The notes under the pieces are model-generated. The model saw nothing but the letters and a program-made list of their open reading frames with translations, made no database searches and was not told where the DNA came from. From assembly GCF_000420525.1 (NCBI RefSeq), contig NZ_ATVC01000003.1, positions 66,947 through 90,946 of the forward strand: 24,000 bases of DNA, read 5' to 3'. The position numbers and the translations under genes were made by a program. Source of the DNA: Aquaspirillum serpens DSM 68. GTDB taxonomy: Bacteria; Pseudomonadota; Gammaproteobacteria; Burkholderiales; Aquaspirillaceae. Below are positions 18,801 through 24,000 of the stretch, in pieces (position 1 is the first letter of the stretch; every line of letters starts with the position of its first letter).

Positions 18801-18808
18801 GCTACAAA

Positions 18809-19075
18809 TTATACCTGACGAGCTTTTTCTACTAGCGCACTGACTTTCCACGTCTTGGTACGGGACAATGGACGGCATTCGGAAATCACTACCACATCAC
18901 CGATACCATACTCATTGTTTTCGTCATGAGCGTGGAACTTTTTGGATTTCCGAATCACCTTGCCATAGAGCGGGTGTTTTACCTTACGCTCAACCAAGAC
19001 AACCACGGTTTTGTCCATTTTGTCGCTAACCACTTTACCGGTCAGTGAACGGACGACTTTGCTGCTTTCGCTCAT
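18809..19075 (-). CDS. rpsQ: 30S ribosomal protein S17
   Basis: 88-aa ORF containing [31 protein letters not shown]. Confidence 0.97.
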   Translation of the reverse strand: MSESSKVVRSLTGKVVSDKMDKTVVVLVERKVKHPLYGKVIRKSKKFHAHDENNEYGIGDVVVISECRPLSRTKTWKVSALVEKARQV

Positions 19076-19076
19076 A

Positions 19077-19265
19077 TCAGGCTGCCTTTTCGTGGAGAAC
19101 GGTACGGATGCGGGCGATATCGCGACGCACTTTTTTCAGCTCGCTGGTTTTGGACAGCTGCTGAGTCGCCAATTGCATACGAAGGCTGAACTGAGCTTTG
19201 AGCAGGCTGATGATTTCAGCTTGCAGCTCTTCAACCGACTTAGCACGCAGTTCGGATGCTTTCAT
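19077..19265 (-). CDS. rpmC: 50S ribosomal protein L29
   Basis: 62-aa ORF starting [31 protein letters not shown]. The start overlaps the rplP stop as TAATG. Confidence 0.95.
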   Translation of the reverse strand: MKASELRAKSVEELQAEIISLLKAQFSLRMQLATQQLSKTSELKKVRRDIARIRTVLHEKAA

Positions 19266-19681
19266 TATTGACCTACCTGTCTGGTGACAAATACCGTCTG
19301 AATCGGCAGCTTGGCAGCAGCAAGACGGAATGCTTCACGGGCCAGTTCTTCACCAACCCCTTCCATTTCGTACAACACCTTACCAGGCTGAATTTCAGCA
19401 ACCCAGTATTCTGGCGAACCTTTACCGTTACCCATACGGACTTCAGCTGGTTTGCTGGAGATAGGCTTATCTGGGAAAATACGGATCCAGATACGACCAC
19501 CCCGTTTGATGTGACGAGTCATCGCACGACGAGCAGCTTCGATTTGGCGAGCTGTCAAACGACCACGGCCAATTGCTTTCAGACCGTATTCACCAAAGCT
19601 CACTTTGTTACCGCGCGTTGCGACACCGGTATTGCGGCCCTTTTGGACCTTACGGTATTTGAGTCTAGTTGGCTGCAGCAT
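19265..19681 (-). CDS. rplP: 50S ribosomal protein L16
   Basis: 138-aa ORF starting [19 protein letters not shown]. The start lies 17 nt inside the 3' end of rpsC. Confidence 0.97.
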   Translation of the reverse strand: MLQPTRLKYRKVQKGRNTGVATRGNKVSFGEYGLKAIGRGRLTARQIEAARRAMTRHIKRGGRIWIRIFPDKPISSKPAEVRMGNGKGSPEYWVAEIQPGKVLYEMEGVGEELAREAFRLAAAKLPIQTVFVTRQVGQ

Positions 19682-20366
19682 TACGTCCTGCCTTTCGTGC
19701 TTTCTTCTCAGGCTGAGCCGGCTCGGCGGCGACTTGACCTGGTTTTACGTCACCCTTGTACACCCACACTTTGATGCCGATTACACCATAGGTGGTGTGA
19801 GCTTCGCTTGTTGCGTAGTCCACATCAGCACGCAGGGTATGCAGAGGCACACGGCCTTCGCGGTACCATTCGGTACGGGCAATTTCAATCCCGTTCAAAC
19901 GGCCGGAGGACATGATCTTAATGCCTTGTGCGCCCAAACGCATTGCGTTTTGCATGGCACGTTTCATGGCACGGCGGAACATCACACGCTTTTCCAACTG
20001 AGCCGCGATACCATCAGCGATGATTTGCGCGTCTAACTCAGGTTTGCGGATTTCTTCGATGTTGACATGAACCGGTACGCCCATACGGGTTTGCAGTTCT
20101 TTGCGCAACAATTCGATGTCTTCGCCTTTTTTACCGATCACGATACCAGGACGGGCACTGTGAATGGTGATACGTGCGCTTTTAGCAGGACGCTCAATCA
20201 CGACACGGCTCACCGATGCGTGTTTGAGTTTTTGCTTCAAGAAATCACGTACTTCAATATCGGCCTTCAGCATGGTTGCGAAATTTTGGCTGTTCGCAAA
20301 CCACTTGGAAGACCAGTTTTTGTTCAGCGCGAGGCGGAAGCCACGCGGATCAATCTTCTGTCCCAT
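19665..20366 (-). CDS. rpsC: 30S ribosomal protein S3
   Basis: 233-aa ORF starting [24 protein letters not shown]. Confidence 0.97.
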   Translation of the reverse strand: MGQKIDPRGFRLALNKNWSSKWFANSQNFATMLKADIEVRDFLKQKLKHASVSRVVIERPAKSARITIHSARPGIVIGKKGEDIELLRKELQTRMGVPVHVNIEEIRKPELDAQIIADGIAAQLEKRVMFRRAMKRAMQNAMRLGAQGIKIMSSGRLNGIEIARTEWYREGRVPLHTLRADVDYATSEAHTTYGVIGIKVWVYKGDVKPGQVAAEPAQPEKKARKAGRNAAAN

Positions 20367-20376
20367 GATCTACCCC

Positions 20377-20706
20377 TTAGTTGCCCACAACCAGCGTGAT
20401 GTGGCAGGTTTGCTTTTCAATGCGGTTACCACGGCCTTTTGCGCGTGCAGAGAAGCGCTTCAAGCTCGGGCCCTTGTCCACATACACCGTAGCAACTTTC
20501 AGAGTATCGATGTCTGCGCCTTCATTGTGCTCGGCGTTGGCAATAGCCGACTCCAGCACTTTTTTCAGCAACTCGGCACTCTTTTTCGGCGAGAACGTCA
20601 GGATGTTCAATGCCTGTTCAACGGATTTACCGCGAATCAGGTCAGCCACGAGGCGTGCTTTCTGTGCAGACACGCGGGCATTTTTCAAAACAGCAGAAAC
20701 TTTCAT
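20377..20706 (-). CDS. rplV: 50S ribosomal protein L22
   Basis: 109-aa ORF starting [27 protein letters not shown]. Confidence 0.97.
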   Translation of the reverse strand: MKVSAVLKNARVSAQKARLVADLIRGKSVEQALNILTFSPKKSAELLKKVLESAIANAEHNEGADIDTLKVATVYVDKGPSLKRFSARAKGRGNRIEKQTCHITLVVGN

Positions 20707-20715
20707 CGCGACACC

Positions 20716-20991
20716 TTAACGTTTCGCCTTCTTATCGGCCGCGTGGCCTTTGAAGGTACGAGTCAGCGAAAATTCGCCCAGTTTGTGACCAACCATGTTT
20801 TCAGTCACATACACCGGCACATGAGTCTTACCGTTATGCACGGCAATAGTCAGACCAACAAATTCCGGCAGAATGGTCGAACGGCGGGACCAAGTTTTTA
20901 CAGGGCGCTTGTCATTGGTCTGGCGCACCGCTTCAACTTTCTTGATCAGATGCGCGTCAACGAACGGGCCTTTTTTCAGGGAACGTGCCAT
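20716..20991 (-). CDS. rpsS: 30S ribosomal protein S19
   Basis: I take the ATG at 20991, which gives [20 protein letters not shown] (the family-typical N-terminus) with AAGGG upstream. The ORF-track start at 20997 is a TTG two codons earlier. Confidence 0.95.
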   Translation of the reverse strand: MARSLKKGPFVDAHLIKKVEAVRQTNDKRPVKTWSRRSTILPEFVGLTIAVHNGKTHVPVYVTENMVGHKLGEFSLTRTFKGHAADKKAKR

Positions 20992-20997
20992 GTTCAA

Positions 20998-21831
20998 TTA
21001 CCCTTTATTCGAATAGCGACGGCGCACGATCATGTTGTTCGTACGCTTGTTGCGGCGAGTACGGTAACCCTTAGTTGGAGTACCCCATGGGCTGACAGGA
21101 TCACGACCTGCAGCTGTTTTACCCTCACCACCACCATGTGGGTGATCGATTGGGTTCATCACCACACCACGGACGGTTGGGCGGATACCGCGCCAACGGT
21201 TAGCACCGGCCTTACCAATTTTACGCAGGCTGTGTTCTTCGTTGCCAACTTCACCGATGGTTGCACGGCAATCAACGTGAACTTTGCGAATTTCGCCAGA
21301 GCGTAAACGCAACTGAGCGTAAGAACCTTCGCGAGCCAACAACTGAACAGCAGCACCAGCGGAACGAGCCAATTGGGCACCTTTACCAGGCTGCATTTCG
21401 ATGCAGTGAATGGTAGAACCGACTGGAATGTTACGGATAGGCAAGCAGTTACCTGCTTTGATTGGTGCTTCAGAACCGTTGAACAGCTCGGCGCCAACTT
21501 TCACGCCTTTAGGGGCGATGATGTAGCGACGCTCGCCGTCGGCATAGCACAATAATGCGATATGCGCAGTACGGTTTGGATCGTATTCAATACGCTCAAC
21601 TTTAGCAGCAATACCATCTTTGTTGCGACGGAAGTCAACAACGCGGTAGTGATGCTTGTGGCCACCACCCTTATGACGGGTAGTGATGTGACCGTTGTTA
21701 TTACGGCCAGCATTCTGGATTTGTTTTTCCAGCAACGGAGCATAGGGACGGCCTTTGTAGAGGTCAGGATTGACCACCTTAACAACGGCACGACGCCCAG
21801 GCGATGTTGGTTTAACTTTCACTAAAGCCAT
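20998..21831 (-). CDS. rplB: 50S ribosomal protein L2
   Basis: 277-aa ORF starting [19 protein letters not shown] and containing [10 protein letters not shown]. Confidence 0.97.
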   Translation of the reverse strand: MALVKVKPTSPGRRAVVKVVNPDLYKGRPYAPLLEKQIQNAGRNNNGHITTRHKGGGHKHHYRVVDFRRNKDGIAAKVERIEYDPNRTAHIALLCYADGERRYIIAPKGVKVGAELFNGSEAPIKAGNCLPIRNIPVGSTIHCIEMQPGKGAQLARSAGAAVQLLAREGSYAQLRLRSGEIRKVHVDCRATIGEVGNEEHSLRKIGKAGANRWRGIRPTVRGVVMNPIDHPHGGGEGKTAAGRDPVSPWGTPTKGYRTRRNKRTNNMIVRRRYSNKG

Positions 21832-21842
21832 GGTCTATCTCC

Positions 21843-22139
21843 TCACTCTGCGGCAGTAAAGTCGATTTCTTGACCCGGCTTCAGGCTAACATACGCCTTT
21901 TTCCAGTCACTACGACGACCGGTAAAACGACCAAAGCGTTTTACCTTGCCTTTGACATTCAAGACCTGAACACCTTCAACTTCTACTTTGAACAACAGTT
22001 CAACCGCAGCTTTGATTTCAGGTTTAGTGGCGTCTTTCGCCACTTTGAATACAACTTGCTGATCCTGATCTGCCACGCGAGTGCTTTTCTCGGAAATCAC
22101 TGGGGCAAGGATCACTTGCATCAGACGTTCTTGATTCAT
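21843..22139 (-). CDS. rplW: 50S ribosomal protein L23
   Basis: The ATG at 22139 gives [19 protein letters not shown] and overlaps the rplD stop as ATGA. The ORF-track start at 22145 is a GTG two codons upstream. Confidence 0.95.
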   Translation of the reverse strand: MNQERLMQVILAPVISEKSTRVADQDQQVVFKVAKDATKPEIKAAVELLFKVEVEGVQVLNVKGKVKRFGRFTGRRSDWKKAYVSLKPGQEIDFTAAE

Positions 22140-22756
22140 GCCCACTGCTCCTCGAGCTGCTTCACCGCATCACGGGTCATCACGATCTTATTGAAGCGGA
22201 CTAAGCTGTATGGATCGGTTTGTTGGGCTTCGATAACCAGCACATTGACCAAGTTACGCGATGCCAAATACAGATTCTCGTCCAGCTCTTTAGTAATCAC
22301 CAAAACTTGTTCCAGACCAAGGGATTTCACTTTGGCTGCGAACTCTTTGGTTTTTGGCGTTTCAACTGTGAAATCGTCAATGATCACCAAACGCTCATCA
22401 CGCACCAATTGCGATAAGATAGTCGCCATACCAGCGCGGAACATTTTACGGTTAATTTTTTGTGCAAAGTTTTCATCTGGGCTAGATGGGAAAACCTTAC
22501 CACCACCACGCCACAGAGGGCTGGAGGCCATACCAGCACGCGCACGACCGGTGCCTTTTTGGCGCCATGGTTTGCGGGTGGATTTTGCAACTTCGCTACG
22601 GCCTTTTTGAGCACGGTTACCGCTACGGGCATTCGCCAAGTAAGCAGTGACCAGCTGGTGAACCAGAGCTTCGTTATATTCACGACCGAACAGGGCGTCG
22701 GACGCTTGCAGGCTTTCAACTGCCTGACCTTGCTGATTGATAACTTTCAGTTCCAT
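22136..22756 (-). CDS. rplD: 50S ribosomal protein L4
   Basis: The ATG at 22756 gives [34 protein letters not shown]. The ORF-track start at 22759 is a GTG one codon upstream. Either start overlaps the rplC stop. Confidence 0.96.
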   Translation of the reverse strand: MELKVINQQGQAVESLQASDALFGREYNEALVHQLVTAYLANARSGNRAQKGRSEVAKSTRKPWRQKGTGRARAGMASSPLWRGGGKVFPSSPDENFAQKINRKMFRAGMATILSQLVRDERLVIIDDFTVETPKTKEFAAKVKSLGLEQVLVITKELDENLYLASRNLVNVLVIEAQQTDPYSLVRFNKIVMTRDAVKQLEEQWA

Positions 22757-23403
22757 CACGCACCTGCCTTCACTGCCGGACGTACCACCACATCGCTTTG
22801 TTTGGAGCCAGGCACAGCGCCTTTAACCAAAATCAGCTGACGTTCTACATCGATACGCACGATTTCCAGATTCTGCACGGTACGCTTAACGTTACCGTAC
22901 TGACCTGCCATACGCTTACCGGGGAACACACGGCCTGGGTCTTGAGCTTGACCGATAGAGCCGGGGGCACGGGTAGTCACGGAGTTACCGTGAGAAGCGC
23001 GGTTGGAAGAGAAGTTGTGGCGTTTGATCGCGCCAGAGAAACCTTTACCTTGGCTGGTACCGGTCACGTCAACTTTTTGGCCAACTTCGAACAATTCGAC
23101 AGTCAGGGAGTCACCAACTTTGAGCTCAGCCAATTTTGCTGCTTCAACAGCAAACTCGGTCAAACCACGGCCAGCTTCTACGCCTGCTTTGGCAAAATGA
23201 CCAGCTTCAGGCTTAGAGACACGGCTGGCTTTTTTGCTGCCGTAGGTCACTTGCACTGCGCTGTAGCCATCGGTTTCTGGCGTTTTGATTTGCGTGACGC
23301 GGTTGGCAGACATGTCAAGCACTGTTACTGGAACGGATGCACCGTCATCAGCAAAAATGCGTGTCATGCCGACCTTGCGACCGACAAGACCTAAACTACG
23401 CAT
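22756..23403 (-). CDS. rplC: 50S ribosomal protein L3
   Basis: The ATG at 23403 gives [17 protein letters not shown] (family-typical N-terminus), preceded by the SD GAAGGA. The 29 extra codons of the ORF-track model (up to 23490) run through the terminator hairpin and are rejected. Confidence 0.95.
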   Translation of the reverse strand: MRSLGLVGRKVGMTRIFADDGASVPVTVLDMSANRVTQIKTPETDGYSAVQVTYGSKKASRVSKPEAGHFAKAGVEAGRGLTEFAVEAAKLAELKVGDSLTVELFEVGQKVDVTGTSQGKGFSGAIKRHNFSSNRASHGNSVTTRAPGSIGQAQDPGRVFPGKRMAGQYGNVKRTVQNLEIVRIDVERQLILVKGAVPGSKQSDVVVRPAVKAGA

Positions 23404-23422
23404 AGTTATTTCCTTCAAGAGG

Positions 23423-23444
23423 TGCCGGTTGCGATTGACCGGCA
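23423..23444 (-). promoter_or_regulatory. Leader hairpin immediately upstream of the rplC ribosome-binding site
   Basis: Minus strand UGCCGGU-N8-ACCGGCA, a 7-bp stem, followed by CCUCUUGAAGGAAAUAACUAUG. Its sequence resembles hairpin H1 of the rplN leader. Confidence 0.45.
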
Positions 23445-23479
23445 AAACAAAAGCGGACTCTCTGTTCAAGAGAGCCCGC
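23443..23479 (-). terminator. Intrinsic terminator / attenuator between rpsJ and rplC
   Basis: Minus strand GCGGGCUCUCU-UGAAC-AGAGAGUCCGC, an 11-bp stem with one G-U pair (23479-23453), followed directly by UUUUGUUUUG (23452-23443). Confidence 0.7.
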
Positions 23480-23480
23480 G

Positions 23481-23510
23481 AATCTAACACATAAGCGTGT
23501 GATACCGCAA
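23481..23510 (-). promoter_or_regulatory. Weak candidate promoter inside the rpsJ-rplC spacer
   Basis: The minus strand reads TTGCGG (23510-23505), an 18-nt spacer, then TGT-TAGATT (extended -10 like; hexamer at 23486-23481). It ends 1 nt before the terminator stem. This rests on motif match only. Confidence 0.3.
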
Positions 23511-23545
23511 GAAAAACTTATGATATCACGCGAATTTATGTTGGA

Positions 23546-23857
23546 TTACTGCAGTTTGATTTCCACATCCACACCGGCGGGAAGATCCAGTTTCATCAAC
23601 GCATCTACTGTTTTGTCAGTTGGATCGATGATGTCCATCAAGCGCAAGTGAGTACGGATTTCCAATTGGTCACGAGAAGTTTTGTTCACGTGAGGGGAAC
23701 GCAGCACATCGAAACGCTCGATTTTTGTTGGCAGAGGAACAGGACCTTTGACCACAGCACCCGTACGCTTAGCCGTATCAACGATTTCCTGAGCCGAGCG
23801 ATCGATCAATTGGTAATCAAAAGCCTTGAGGCGGATGCGGATCTTTTGGTTTTGCAT
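23546..23857 (-). CDS. rpsJ: 30S ribosomal protein S10
   Basis: 103-aa ORF starting [34 protein letters not shown]. It starts 14 nt after the tuf stop, with the SD AAGGGA. Confidence 0.97.
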   Translation of the reverse strand: MQNQKIRIRLKAFDYQLIDRSAQEIVDTAKRTGAVVKGPVPLPTKIERFDVLRSPHVNKTSRDQLEIRTHLRLMDIIDPTDKTVDALMKLDLPAGVDVEIKLQ

Positions 23858-23871
23858 GATAGTCGCGTCCC

Positions 23872-24000
23872 TTATTGAATGATCTTGGCAACGACACCGG
23901 CGCCGACGGTACGACCGCCTTCACGGATAGCGAAACGCAGACCCTCTTCCATAGCGATAGGGGCGATCAATTCAACAGTGATAGACACGTTATCACCAGG
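23872..24000 (-). CDS. tuf: Elongation factor Tu, C-terminal 42 codons (gene continues beyond the right window edge)
   Basis: Minus-strand translation gives [42 protein letters not shown] followed by a stop (TAA at 23874-23872). This is the invariant EF-Tu domain III tail. Confidence 0.95.
   Translation of the reverse strand, partial: PGDNVSITVELIAPIAMEEGLRFAIREGGRTVGAGVVAKIIQ

Noticed and set aside
18636-18878. An 80-aa minus-strand ORF spans the rpsQ-rplN spacer.
   Set aside because: It overlaps the 3' end of rpsQ out of frame and runs through the promoter and hairpins. It has no SD, and the Cys/Ser/Arg-rich translation resembles nothing I know. The region is better explained as a noncoding leader.
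10340-23394. Many long plus-strand ORFs (for example 10340-11053, 11505-12545, 15528-16238, 17174-18154, 20164-21306, 21870-22610 and 22798-23394, up to 380 aa) lie opposite the ribosomal protein genes.
   Set aside because: Each lies fully antisense to an unmistakable, highly conserved r-protein, rpoA or secY gene. Their translations are low-complexity and rich in F, H, R and T, with no recognisable motifs. They are shadow ORFs caused by the codon bias of the real genes.
23404-23490. The ORF track gives a 29-codon N-terminal extension of rplC ([29 protein letters not shown]).
   Set aside because: The L3 family N-terminus is [17 protein letters not shown], starting at 23403 with a good SD. 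The extension would be translated through the terminator hairpin and has no SD.

Overview
This is a core-chromosome segment of a bacterium with roughly 50% GC. The ribosomal-protein sequences look betaproteobacterial (Neisseriales/Chromobacteriales-like), but that is a guess from memory, not a search. Left 10 kb, minus strand: a truncated RelB/DinJ-type antitoxin gene with a palindromic operator-promoter, a tRNA(CAU) with a near-consensus promoter and an intrinsic terminator, and an RstB/RstA-like two-component pair. Left 10 kb, plus strand: the conserved miaB-phoH(ybeZ)-ybeY-corC-lnt cluster, followed 3 nt later by a 672-aa LtaS/sulfatase-family membrane enzyme and a bidirectional terminator. 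Right 14 kb, all minus strand: the complete S10-spc-alpha ribosomal supercluster. It runs from the tuf 3' end through rpsJ to rplQ and includes secY, infA, rpoA and rpmJ (rpmJ found by hand, absent from the ORF track). I see no CRISPR array, IS element, phage gene or unexplained multi-gene cassette, so I do not claim a novel protein system here. The material worth a second look is mostly noncoding. (1) An intrinsic terminator plus promoter-like module sits in an unusually long rpsJ-rplC spacer. (2) A promoter is followed by a three-hairpin leader in front of rplN. (3) A similar about 33-nt GCCGG-stem hairpin module occurs in both leaders. (4) A single-G frameshift lies in the corC 5' end. (5) The LtaS-like gene is coupled to lnt. 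(6) The tRNA/antitoxin junction at the left edge may be an island border.
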